A DNA stretch of 64,000 nucleotides from a virus: IMG/VR virus record IMGVR_UViG_3300042261_000868, positions 1-64,000 of that record; one strand, given 5' to 3'. This document shows, piece by piece, positions 38,584 to 50,400 of the stretch. The notes below the pieces were generated by a model. The model was not told where the DNA came from. It did no database searches and saw only the letters and a program-made list of their open reading frames with translations. The stretch's first letter is position 1, and every line of letters starts with the position of its first letter. A program made the translations under genes and the position numbers.

Positions 38584-39060
38584 ATGTCATCCAGTTCCAT
38601 AAGCGATTCTAGTCTTTTTGATGAGTTTCCAGAATTAACCTATTTTGGTAAGACTCTTAATGGGACGAATGTTCTTGTATACAACAATTCATTGTTCTAC
38701 AAGAAGCAAGGACAGAATATCATCAAGTATTGTGATAATGTTCGTAAAGTAGAGGTTCATAATAATCAAATAATCCTTCTTTATAACCAAAATAATTGGA
38801 CCGAATCTTTAGATTTGGTTGTTTTAAAAGAAAATTTTTCAGATACTAAAAAAGTATTCGTAAAAGATAAAGCTTTTGATGTGGACGATATTAATAATTA
38901 TTTAAAATACAGCAACCGAACTATTAAGGACTTCTATGTTACTGGGGGTGAATTATTCGTTGTATTCCAAAATCTAGTTGGAGATGTTAGTTCGTCTAGT
39001 ATATCTCTCAGTTCCTTCTCAAGCGATTCAGATTCAGAGAGTAGCTCCAGTTCATTGTAA
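38584..39060 (+). CDS. Hypothetical structural-module protein with Ser-rich termini
   Basis: GAGGGA RBS; begins MSSSSISDSS, ends SSSSISLSSFSSDSDSESSSSSL. Confidence 0.65.
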   Translation: MSSSSISDSSLFDEFPELTYFGKTLNGTNVLVYNNSLFYKKQGQNIIKYCDNVRKVEVHNNQIILLYNQNNWTESLDLVVLKENFSDTKKVFVKDKAFDVDDINNYLKYSNRTIKDFYVTGGELFVVFQNLVGDVSSSSISLSSFSSDSDSESSSSSL

Positions 39061-39087
39061 ATCTTGAAAATTATATCTTATTAAAAG

Positions 39088-39095
39088 TATAAATA
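39088..39095 (+). promoter_or_regulatory. T4-type late promoter TATAAATA
   Basis: Exact match 24 bp before ATG 39119. Confidence 0.7.
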
Positions 39096-39118
39096 GGGTA
39101 TAATGAGACAAGATATTT

Positions 39119-42100
39119 ATGATAACTTATAGACCATCAATTGGTAATAATGAAACAAAAGTAGGCGTCACAAGTGACGGCAAATTCTTCGGTAAATCTA
39201 CTGGAGGCAAGGTTCTTTTGAACCTCAGAACAAACGATGAGCCAAAGTCCACCTACTATAAAAACAACTACACCGATTTATCAAATGACTCTTCTTGGTT
39301 TTTTAAATCAATAACCGACACTGATTTCTTGGGTGGATCAATAACCTATAGAGCAATCTATATTGGTGCCAACGAGAGATATGAAGAAAACGAAATCCTA
39401 GGCACTATTTCAACTTCGGTAACTAATGACGATGGTGATCCTTTATTAGTAAATTCGGTCACTACAAGCCTCTGGGTGGAGGGTTTCTACACCGAGCTAA
39501 CTAGTGATGGATCTTTAAGCCTTCAAGACGAGAATGACAGATATGACCAATTGGTTGCCGCTGGTGCCACATGGTCTAATAGTATTACATATACCAATAC
39601 CCTTTTGCCTGGTCAATTTATTAAGGTTTGGGTTAAGACTGTTGTAACCGATAATGCTAGTATAACAGATATAAACGATTTCAACTATTTGATTACCGTA
39701 GGTGACTTGACCTTTACTGTTAGAAAAACTCCAAGTCGCTTATCGTATAGTAGGTTATTCAAAGCCAAACTCAATGCCGAAACAATAACCCTTAAAGAAG
39801 CAATGTCAGCCGAATTTGGCACTACTAACTACGATGGTGTCTTTAAGGTAATTAAAAAAGATGACTTTGTAAATCTCTTTTATATAACAAATTGCGAACA
39901 GGGTGATTTAGAAGACTATGATTCAAGTGTCAATGAATTAAGATTATTGGTTACAAAAACTGGCGATAATCTTGGTGAATATAAGTATATTGATGTTCCG
40001 TTAACCCCTCTCTTTAACAATTCAGAGATTTTAACTGATACCAATTACCAACAGTATCTTAAGGTAATGACTTGCGATCTTCCAATTACCATTCAAGCAA
40101 CCGATTCTAATGGTGGAGTTACGACCAATGAACATGACGATATTAGCTTATCCGTTTCAACATCTGGTGATGGGGTGTATGTAACCAACATAGCCGAGAA
40201 ATTGCCAGGCAGAAAGTTCATTGTAGATGTCTTCGTTTCTAGAAAAGAAGATATAAACTATGCCCATGTATTTTATGCTGAATTGCATACTGATTACACC
40301 ACACGAGACATTCTTAACTATCAGCATATCTTTTACAAGTGGGTCTTTAAAGTCGCTACGATTGATTTAAACCATATTAACAATAAACTATTTGACAGAG
40401 TAGAATATGGCTATTCAAATAAACATACTTCATTCATAACGGAGTGGTATGATGTGGTAATAAAGAGTTACTTTTATCCTACAAATATAATATTACAAGA
40501 TGATTTGTTTACTGCGGTTGGGTTTGAAACAGAGGATTGCTACTTTAAAAACTATAAAGGTAAACTCCTCTTCATTTGGGAAAAAGATTTAATTTTAAGA
40601 GACTTTAAGGTTCAAGAAAGTCACTTCCCAAGAAACGATTATAGTGACTTTAGAACTATAGAGAATCTTACTCAAAAGCCAACCCTTTTGAAATTTGGTA
40701 ATTTAGCACAAGTAGCACCAACAACAGATATTGAACGTGCTTTTATATCTGGTAGTTATAATTATATTAATATGGGTCCACCTCATATTAAATCAGTAAA
40801 TCACGGTGCTTCTTCCGTGTTCTATGATTTGGACAACTCAAAGATAAACGAATATAACACGACTTGGGCATTCAATATTAGTAGCGAGAACATCGCCGCT
40901 TCTGGAAGTAATGTCTCTCTTATGGTCTATGATTTGTTTGACCCTCGCTCAATGCATGCGGTATATGCCAGTGATTATACAAACATATCTGGCGGAGCAA
41001 TCGTTGCTGTTTCTGGAAGTAACTTTATAGATGAAAATATCTCTATTTTCTCAATTAATTGCCAAGATGATATAACAGAAAAGGCACTTGAAGTTACTTA
41101 TAATTTCAATACAGATGCTTGGGTAATCAACAGAAAAGATGCTGATTGTATTCCAATTACAGAGAGTATTAGTGGAGCAAGTCTTCCTTTATTAACTCCA
41201 GATCAACAGTCAGTCATAACTGTAGAATTATTCACACATGAGGTAAGTGGTGGAACAACAACTGAGTTCTTCCCAGGTGGATTTAGAATCAATAATGGTT
41301 GCATTAAAAGAACCATTATCAACTATCGTGTCTATGTAAACGGTAAGCTTTTGACCATTGGTGATACGTGTTCATTAAATAATGTTAATATCTACCAAAT
41401 AACACATAACCCTAACGGTGACTTTACTGGTAGTATTAGCTATTGGGACATTAGAGAACCAGTAGAAGATTTAGATACTTATGTCTCTGCTCTTCATAGG
41501 ATTCATTTAAACATTGTTTGGGGACTTCTAGATATTGAGAAGCCAGTTAAGACCTCTGACCCACGTTTCAACAACTTCAATGCTAGAAGAAAAGTCACCT
41601 TACAACACTTAACACCGTTTAAAGACACGATGATAGTTCCTTTGGTTCTTTATGGCAACTCATATAGTGCTACTACCTATAATAACCAGACTCTAAACAC
41701 AGAAGTAACCAGAAGTATCTTTGATTTCAATAAATTGAGTTTAAACAAGAAGTCATTTGGGTTCTTTATTGAGAAGACCTTTGTTCCAGTTGAGTTTAAT
41801 GTGCAGCCATATGATTTTGACAATGATATTCTTGTTATTTGGTTAAGACTTGAGAATTGGCAAGGCGAGGCTATTCAAATGTTCTATTCTGATGCTATTT
41901 TAAATGTCAACGACCCACAAAACATCGTAAAAGACTATTATGGGTTCTGGAGAATGGATGACTTTATTAAAGAAAGCATCAACCGTTTCACCGACCAAAG
42001 GCTATTTAATGCTGGTGAAACTGTGCTAATGACCAAGAAAGATGAAAATGTTTATTTAACTTTAATAAATAACATAGTAAGGTTTGGTGACTCTAAGTAT

Positions 42101-42283
42101 TATAAGAGTAACTACTTTGATGTTGAATTTGATGATTTGGCTGTTACAAAAGACGAGATGCCTAAAATCCAAGAGTTCATCTCAGATAATGTTAAATTAT
42201 TCAAACCTGGGTTTATGGAAATAAGAGATGTAAAGAGTCTCTATGATTACAAGTTAGAGACAAACAATACAGGGGAGAATTAA
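39119..42283 (+). CDS. Large virion protein with LamG-like and DUF2341-like domains
   Basis: YVNGKL...FTGSISYW; RRKVTL...VPLVL...FDF...VIWLR...MFY...GFWRMDD; late promoter. Confidence 0.55.
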   Translation: MITYRPSIGNNETKVGVTSDGKFFGKSTGGKVLLNLRTNDEPKSTYYKNNYTDLSNDSSWFFKSITDTDFLGGSITYRAIYIGANERYEENEILGTISTSVTNDDGDPLLVNSVTTSLWVEGFYTELTSDGSLSLQDENDRYDQLVAAGATWSNSITYTNTLLPGQFIKVWVKTVVTDNASITDINDFNYLITVGDLTFTVRKTPSRLSYSRLFKAKLNAETITLKEAMSAEFGTTNYDGVFKVIKKDDFVNLFYITNCEQGDLEDYDSSVNELRLLVTKTGDNLGEYKYIDVPLTPLFNNSEILTDTNYQQYLKVMTCDLPITIQATDSNGGVTTNEHDDISLSVSTSGDGVYVTNIAEKLPGRKFIVDVFVSRKEDINYAHVFYAELHTDYTTRDILNYQHIFYKWVFKVATIDLNHINNKLFDRVEYGYSNKHTSFITEWYDVVIKSYFYPTNIILQDDLFTAVGFETEDCYFKNYKGKLLFIWEKDLILRDFKVQESHFPRNDYSDFRTIENLTQKPTLLKFGNLAQVAPTTDIERAFISGSYNYINMGPPHIKSVNHGASSVFYDLDNSKINEYNTTWAFNISSENIAASGSNVSLMVYDLFDPRSMHAVYASDYTNISGGAIVAVSGSNFIDENISIFSINCQDDITEKALEVTYNFNTDAWVINRKDADCIPITESISGASLPLLTPDQQSVITVELFTHEVSGGTTTEFFPGGFRINNGCIKRTIINYRVYVNGKLLTIGDTCSLNNVNIYQITHNPNGDFTGSISYWDIREPVEDLDTYVSALHRIHLNIVWGLLDIEKPVKTSDPRFNNFNARRKVTLQHLTPFKDTMIVPLVLYGNSYSATTYNNQTLNTEVTRSIFDFNKLSLNKKSFGFFIEKTFVPVEFNVQPYDFDNDILVIWLRLENWQGEAIQMFYSDAILNVNDPQNIVKDYYGFWRMDDFIKESINRFTDQRLFNAGETVLMTKKDENVYLTLINNIVRFGDSKYYKSNYFDVEFDDLAVTKDEMPKIQEFISDNVKLFKPGFMEIRDVKSLYDYKLETNNTGEN

Positions 42284-42284
42284 T

Positions 42285-43082
42285 ATGTCAAGTGTCTTAG
42301 TTGATAACCAGAAGTTATCGGGTGGCCTCCTTGCCAATGCTGGAAACAATACCAATGCTTGGTATACAAGATTAAGTAACGATGAGTTCCAAGTTAACGG
42401 TGCCTTTAATCCACTTGAAGGTGTCTTTGATTGGGTTTTAACCAAAACAACAAACACTCATTATGTGAAATCCGATATAATTCGCTTTAAATCGCCCCGT
42501 CAGATCGTTCAAGTTACCTTTAAGTCAACATTTGCGGACGAAAACTACTATGTTTTCTTTACCTCTAATTCAAATGTTAACCTTTACTGGTCAAACAAGA
42601 AGAGAACTGGGTTCGTTATTAATTCAAGTGCCCCGTTTGAATCAGAAGTTACATGGTTAGCCATCCACAAGTCCTTTGCTCAACTAACTGGGGTTAATAA
42701 CCCAGGCACCATATACTCTGGAACTCGCTCCTTGGTCTATGACACCATTGACTGTAGTGAATTGGTTCCTAATTGCGGAGACAATGATCTCTGTATTGAC
42801 CAAGAGCTTGATATAACCAAAGATTGCCATGCTAATCTCCAAGGCTGGTATGAAAATGAATATATTATTAAACCAACAGCATATTCCGATAACCCAAACA
42901 TCCCAATGAACTTTGATGATGGGCTGTTTTCTGTCCTCACAACAACTAATGTTAATATAAATACATATTGGCTTGAAAAAGCTAATGATAGGGCGAAAAT
43001 TGGCACAAGTTTCCCCATTAAGTGTATAATAGATTATCTTTTTATAAAGAATGGTTACGATTGGTGGGATGAGTTGCCTTAA
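42285..43082 (+). CDS. Virion protein with two H-lectin/gp53-like beta modules
   Basis: VTFKSTFADENYYVFFT...TGFVI...VTWLAI, plus a degenerate second copy. Confidence 0.55.
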   Translation: MSSVLVDNQKLSGGLLANAGNNTNAWYTRLSNDEFQVNGAFNPLEGVFDWVLTKTTNTHYVKSDIIRFKSPRQIVQVTFKSTFADENYYVFFTSNSNVNLYWSNKKRTGFVINSSAPFESEVTWLAIHKSFAQLTGVNNPGTIYSGTRSLVYDTIDCSELVPNCGDNDLCIDQELDITKDCHANLQGWYENEYIIKPTAYSDNPNIPMNFDDGLFSVLTTTNVNINTYWLEKANDRAKIGTSFPIKCIIDYLFIKNGYDWWDELP

Positions 43083-43097
43083 GGAGCTATAAAGCAA

Positions 43098-44423
43098 ATG
43101 AATGACTTTAATAAAAATATTGACCTTTTAAATCCTACGTTATTTGTCAATGACACTAACTACAATGCTCCTTTAAAGCAACTTCTTGAAAACGACGAAT
43201 ACATTCTAAAGTTTTTAAATGGAAACAGAATAGTTTTAAAAAGCTTCTTAGGCAACTTACTTGACTACAACTCAACTGGAGAAAAGATTCTTTCTAACGG
43301 TGGGAGATTTAATACCTACAAGAAGTGTAACACCTGGAAGGCTTTAAAGAGTTTTGCAATTAATAACGATGAAGACATAACCTTTGACGAAGCAAATGAG
43401 ATGTTGGTTTATAAGGGATATTGCGATACGGCAACTTGTCTACCCGACTACAATGTAAACAGAGAGACTTGGATTGAGAGAGAAATCTATATCCCAGAGA
43501 TGCTTAGAGGTCAACAGTTGTTGTTAGCCATAAAGGCTGCCAGCTTTGAGACTGATTCAAATTGGGATTTAGCAACAGCAGAAGCAATTTCCACCGCTTC
43601 TATTTCTGGTGGGTTTGAAACATTAGCAGTTGAGATCCTCAACGGTGAACAAACAGTTAGGGAATTTAAAGTTGTTGGGCCATGGGACAATCATGCTGAT
43701 TATGAACACCCATCAGCCGCCCCAGAAATGTTAACTGCCTCTGTTTCTTTTAGAGTTAAGCCATCCACTAAGTCAATTAAGATAAAAATCTTTAGAACAG
43801 CCAATGTTGGATACCTACACATCAATAAAATTTTCTTGGGTGCTGTTACATTACCTTACGACAACTCAATAGAATCATATGATTTAGATGGTATTGACAT
43901 TAACAACTTCTATGACTTTGATAATGATGTTGCAAAAGTAACCGCAACAACAGTAGTTGGACATAAAGTTGCTCGCTTAACCGATACTCCAAAGCAAAAC
44001 GACTTACTTTTAATGTATCATATGTATGAGGAAATAAGGAAAAATTGGTCTTACAGAGCTATTCTTACGGGCACACCAGATTCTACATTGCCAGAACACG
44101 GTGTTATAAATTTGGATACAGCTAACAGGGTTTATACCATAACCCATCATCCAATTGAAATTGGCGAATCGCACCCATTAGTAACCCTAGTGGCACCAAC
44201 AAGTGGTTCAACTCTTTATGTCCAATCTGTCTTTGATGTTCAAGCAAGTGACTTTAAGGTTGTTTTATCTGACTTCCCAGATAATAATAGCTATAAATTA
44301 AATTGGTTTATCCCAACAATTGAAACTGCCGATATAATAGATCAATGGACCGTTTCAGCCCCAGTTTCCGCTGCTGCCGCAACAATATACCCAGATATTT
44401 TTGATTACGAGAATGAATTTTAA
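43098..44423 (+). CDS. Virion/baseplate-associated protein
   Basis: NAPLKQLLENDEY (fibre-anchor-like), jelly-roll-like middle, C-terminal beta module. Confidence 0.55.
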   Translation: MNDFNKNIDLLNPTLFVNDTNYNAPLKQLLENDEYILKFLNGNRIVLKSFLGNLLDYNSTGEKILSNGGRFNTYKKCNTWKALKSFAINNDEDITFDEANEMLVYKGYCDTATCLPDYNVNRETWIEREIYIPEMLRGQQLLLAIKAASFETDSNWDLATAEAISTASISGGFETLAVEILNGEQTVREFKVVGPWDNHADYEHPSAAPEMLTASVSFRVKPSTKSIKIKIFRTANVGYLHINKIFLGAVTLPYDNSIESYDLDGIDINNFYDFDNDVAKVTATTVVGHKVARLTDTPKQNDLLLMYHMYEEIRKNWSYRAILTGTPDSTLPEHGVINLDTANRVYTITHHPIEIGESHPLVTLVAPTSGSTLYVQSVFDVQASDFKVVLSDFPDNNSYKLNWFIPTIETADIIDQWTVSAPVSAAAATIYPDIFDYENEF

Positions 44424-44432
44424 GGTTAAACA

Positions 44433-47400
44433 ATGGAAGTAAATGATACCAAAAAGGCTCTATTAACAAAAGAGCTTAGACTTCAAACAGATAAACTTTT
44501 AGCTGAAGTATCAACTCAAAGTACATCTGGGTCTGAGGTAACAAATATAGACTCATTTAAGTTCTCCGATGAATGGACGAATAATAAAAATGTATTCTCC
44601 AATGCGACGGTTGAAAAAATTAAAAGCACAACTATTGCTGATTTGGTTAATATTCCCGAAGGGCTTGTATACAACAATGTCAATGATACTCTAACTTTCG
44701 TTGATGAAAGCCTTTCGAAATATTTTGGTTCATCTTGCAAAATTGAAGGATCAAACCAAATTACTCTTAATGAGTTAGTTTCAGATATTGAGATTTTTGA
44801 TACCCTTGACAAGATAAACAACTTCGGTGATGTGTATGATTTCCAATTTAGACAGCTTGATTTTAGTACGAATAAGTATTCAAATGTCAAACCTTTCGTT
44901 ACCTTTGAGAAAATACTAGGATACTTCTCTATTGATAAGTTACTTAATGATGAATTAATAAGAAAGAACAGCCAAACGGCACTTAACGAAGAATATGCAA
45001 ATACCGATAGGTCATCGGAGTTCCCACCATATAGTGGCTTCTTAATCAATTCAGAGTATTTGAACAATGGTTGGGTAAGTATTGACCAGATTATCCGTTC
45101 AGCATATAACGACGATTATGCATACGACACGGAGGCTTCACTTGCTATAAGAACAACAAAGATTAAAGAAGCAAAAAGAGCTTTAATCGTGTTAACATTA
45201 AGCTATGTTTGTGATATCTTTAATCTCAACTCTTTCAATAAGCTTTCTGATTTTGGCGTGAGAATAATTGATAGAACAACTGGTAAGGAATTATCTGTCA
45301 CAAACACAAAAAACGAGTTAATTGAGAAAATCGCAACCACAATTGTTGCTACATACAGCGGACAGTTAGAAGAACCAACTAATGGTGAACAAATAAATGT
45401 CGCATCAAATTTAAATCAAACTAAAACCAAATGCAATAAAATCAAAACAAACAAATGCAACGGAACATTGTTTACAACAAGTGATAAGCAAAACACAAAT
45501 ACAGAAGAAAACGGATTTATTCACGAAATTGATGCTCAAGTAAGATTAAATCCTTTTAGAGAATTGTTACTAGCTAAACCAGATATTTTAAATACAATTG
45601 ATCCTATTCACTGGACTTCTGGTGTAGATAATCTCACACAAACTGGAGAGCTTTATGATATCATTAAAGAGTTTGGTGGAAACACATATAAGAGCGGTAA
45701 ATTAAATCAAGATAGAGCATTTGCATATGGGTCTGGTGAATTTACTAATGGTATTGCTATTGGTGGATATTTTCATGACTCAAATAATATTGGTATAACC
45801 AACTCAACCGAATCTTGGAACGGAATTGCTTGGACAAATAGAGAAAATTGTCCATTAGATGCTGCCTGTGGATTAACTGGCGGAAACCAAGACCTCGCAG
45901 TTATGTCATATGGTCTTAGTAGTTCTTGGACAAACGAAGATAAAACCTTTGATAACTTTTTTAAACCATCAATAAACACATTAACCACACAATCAGCTAT
46001 TTTCCAAAACAATACTTGGAAGATAATTTCTGAAATTTCACCAGTATTACCAAGACATAGTGTAGCTGGAAAAATAAATATAAAGTATGACGAGTCTGTT
46101 CCAGGTGAAAACATAGAACAGATTTATGACAAAACTATCTTTCCTATGTGTAATGTGGCAATTTCACAAGCCAAGCAATTTGCTTCTCAAAAATTTGACT
46201 TCTCAACTGAAGCTAGTAGTTTAAGTGGTGCTGTTGAAACTCCAAACACAAGCCCTAGAGTCTGGTTTGATATTTGGCAATGCAACGGTGTTGCATTTGG
46301 CGGCTCTAATTCAGAACACCAACCAATGAATACAATAACAGATAAAAGCGAATTATCCACTGGCATAACTGATGAATTTGAATCTATCAATTGGACACAC
46401 ATTAACAAAAACACTATCAATCCAGAAGATTCGGAATTAGTGGTTGAAACCCAAACCTTCGGCTGTTGGTTCGTTGATCCAACTAGAAAATATCCTATAA
46501 AGGCTCTTGGTGTTTCGTATGTCGGAACCAATGACAGTGGTTTAGCAACTGGCGGAAAAACATCAAATTCTCTTAGCAATGAGACAAGAGATAATGTTAA
46601 AGTTAATATGAAAACATATTACTTTGATGTTGAGAAATACAACCAGAACAATTTGTCAGTTATTCCATACTGCTATGAGAATAACGGTATCTCTTGGATT
46701 CGTAGAGACGATTTACCAGAAGCCGTATATTATCATGCTGGGGTTGGTGACAACGAATATGCTTTGTTCTTTGGTGGACTACATGGATCACTCGAAACAC
46801 CACAAGTTTACACATCCTTCAAGAATTGTCAAGATTGGGAAACACTTATTAATCTATATGGTGGTGCATTTGCAAGAAACGGTGCCTTCTCGTTAAATGG
46901 AAATCTTCGTTACTCTTCTTTCTCAAATATCTACGACGGTAATTCGGTTGGTGCGGAAAACAGTTATGGTAACTCCTACTTCAAGAATAGAAACAATCAA
47001 ACCACCGATACATCTACTGTTATATATTCCTCTGAATATTTAAATTCAGAAAACCAAACATTACAAGACATATATCCAAATATAACAGATTTCCTCTCAG
47101 TACAAGACCCTGAGTTTACATTCCCAAATAAGCAGATACATACAAATGTTTATAAAAAATTAATCTATACATACAACAAATTATATTTTAAGGCAACCCA
47201 TTATTCCATCGTTTATGATCTTGTTTTTGACCAAAAGATCGTATCAGATTATGAAAAAATAACAGTTAATATGATTGATGGTACAATAACCGTTTTAGCA
47301 ACTGAAGACAATGAAGAAGCAGTCAAGCAATACTTTGGTACTTTGAATAACATATTACTAACTAGTGAAGATTATATAGTTATCTCGTCTGTATTCAAAA

Positions 47401-50400
47401 GCGGAACTAATAAGTTAATATCCCTTAGAGAAGATTCTCCAGCTAATAAAACATCAGTTTTAGATATTTGGGAAGAAAAATTAACAGATGCCAATATTGG
47501 TACATTGGGGGAATTCACATATTATATTGCAAACCACCCACAAAAATTCATTGAAACTTATACACCAAGTGGTTTAATACCATACGGTGTTGCGGCATCT
47601 CCAGAAAACTATCTAAGTAATTTAGGTGCAATTTATGCTGGACATCCATCCGATGGCGGGTTGTGGTTGTGTTCTAGACCAACCATTGGTGAAGTTCTAT
47701 ATGATCCAAAAAACTTCTTAAACGAAAACTGTCCAAAGAATGAATTAATCCAACACGGATTTAATGCTGTCAGTGGCTCCGAAAAATATACTTATTTCGT
47801 CTCTCCTGCATTATTTGAAACATACACTAACACGATTAACGGTAATAAAACACAATATCCAAATTATATATATACTGGGCTTTATCAGTATCTTGAAAAA
47901 GAAAATGACGAATATACTATTAATGAAACTTGGAAAAGCAATATCCAAAGAAATCCAGCTTTACTTGTCAACATAAAAAAGAAAGTAACCAGAGACGGAT
48001 ATAGCCCAACAGAAAAACGCGAGTTAATTAAGTTCCCATACTATGGAACTGATTGCTCTGGTTCATTTGTGTTTTATAATACAGAAAAATACAATTCATT
48101 TAATCAGGTGTTTTCGGAATTCATTTCAGATCAATTTATTTCCCCAGAAATTATACTTGATAGAGACTTAATACATATTCATATGTATGATAACGACTCA
48201 ACTGGATATCTTGGTTATGGTGATAAGAAGTCAAGTAGTATAAGAGATAAGGCTGGACTTTGGCCTTGGGTTGATTTGTTAGGCGCGGACGCATCAAATG
48301 ATTGTGTTGTTGGTGAATACACATATCGCTGGGATCTTAGTGGTAATCTTTATTTTGCCTTAGTTGAAGAAGTTAATACCCTCACTGACGAAATTGTTGG
48401 TGCATATAAGCAGGAGAAAATTAAGATAACCAAATATCTTTCAAATGGCAAGAAGGCATTTGATTACACCATAGATTATAGAGAAAATCTTGATATCACT
48501 AAGATGACCAAAATAAGCAAGAACGATATGGTTTATGCGGGAGAAGGCACAAAAACATTCCAAGACCACCTTGCGGAAAAAAATAACGAGTATGGTATCT
48601 TCAACATCTTCGGTAATTCAATAAAACGTCAAATAATTAAAAACAATCTTTACAATAGCTTACATGTTTATGGGAATAAACAGAATTACGAAAATACCGA
48701 CAGAACTGTTATTTCTTACAATTGGGACGAAGTTTGCAAAGACGAATTTAATGAGAGCAGTATTAGTGGATATCCTTTCAAGTACACCAATATTTGTGAA
48801 CTTATAAAAGAGAATGATTTGTATAACAATCCAAAAAGATATCAGTTTTACCTCGAATCTTATTCTTTTGGTGACGGTTCATTTAGTATTACTCCAGCAA
48901 CCGAATGGTACACTCCAATATATCACCAAGAAAACACTAAGGTAAAAACAATAATACCTCCACAAATTCTAACAGAAAATCTCTGTGGAATACGCGAGAA
49001 CCTCATAAAGCTCCGTTACAATCTATTTTCCCTTGTCGCACACAATGGTCTATTCTTTGGTGATATTCGTGTAATGGGCGAAGACCTAGATCGTTGCTAT
49101 ATGCCAAGCAATTGCTCAACAATTGCTTGTGGTGATGCTCCAACTTTCGTATTTGATTATGATGCAACAAAGGGACAACCAGAATATTATATGGATAAGC
49201 TAACAAATCCAAATAATCTTGAATGGCGTGACACTGGTATCGCAACTGATTTTACTTCTAATATGTTTGCAAGATTCAGAAGAGATGTGTTAGCGGATAA
49301 TAGACTTGATACAGAATTCTTAGTATCAAATGGATTGAATGTATATCCTCTAACATACAAAGACTCTAATAATAAATACTGGAGTCCTCTTGATATTGCC
49401 ACAAATAGTGCTATAACTAATAAAACACTTGATGCTAAAGCAAATGCGGTAATTTTCTGTGGTGGTGTTTTTGATGTGATGTACGACAAAAACTTCTATG
49501 AAACCATTTACTTCCTTGAAGAAATGGCTAAATTAGCACAAAATGAGCATGTTTGGGTTATATTCTTAACTATTCCACCAAGAGCAATGATGCAATATGA
49601 TGTTGCCATTGAGAGACATGTTTGGTATAATAATTTAGTCGGCGGCGGAAGATTAGATGATCCAGCGGGACAGGTTAGAATGAGTATTAAAGAACAACCA
49701 ATCACTGGTGACACTTGGAATGTTCCAATGGGATTTGGACCATATAGTGGCTTAGTTGATCCGTTCATTGGCAAGACAAAACTTGAAAAACTTGTTGCTA
49801 TAAACGAATGGATGAAATCTAAACTCACTTCATATGACCACGATGTTTTGGATCTTTATGATTTCTTTGCAGATAAGACTACCCCAGCAATAAATCAACA
49901 GAAGTATGTTTTCAACCCAGCAGATAACACAATAAGCCCAACGGGTGAAGAGATTTATGGTTTTATTAACCCAGAATACACCAATGGAAGATTCTCAAAT
50001 GATGCACAGAATCAATTCAATGGGTTAATCTCTTATGTTGGTAATGAAGCAATGATTAACTTTATCTATGAATCTGTTGACTTAACACCAAGATTTAATG
50101 CAAAAATAATGGACTTTGATGGAAACATAATTGATCCAAAGCAAATCTTTGACTATGAATACCCACATTTATCCAGAAACCAAAGAGATGTTTATTATGA
50201 CTTACACAAAGTTGGAGTTGAAAATACTTTCCATGAAACCCCAGGCGATTATGATCCGTCCATTGATATTGAATCAGTTAGATTGAAGCCAGGCGAAAAT
50301 GGAAGCTTTAGTAACTTAATCCACAAAGTATGCTATGAAACCCTTTACTTTGATTTGCTATGCTGCTTATTAAAGCAAGATACTTGTTATGCCTCTTGTT

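Noticed and set aside
33219-39060. Frameshift or readthrough joining 33219-38576 with 38584-39060; genome-wide stop-codon reassignment
   Set aside because: The second ORF has its own RBS and ATG; long genes are intact under code 11 and TAA, TGA and TAG all act as stops
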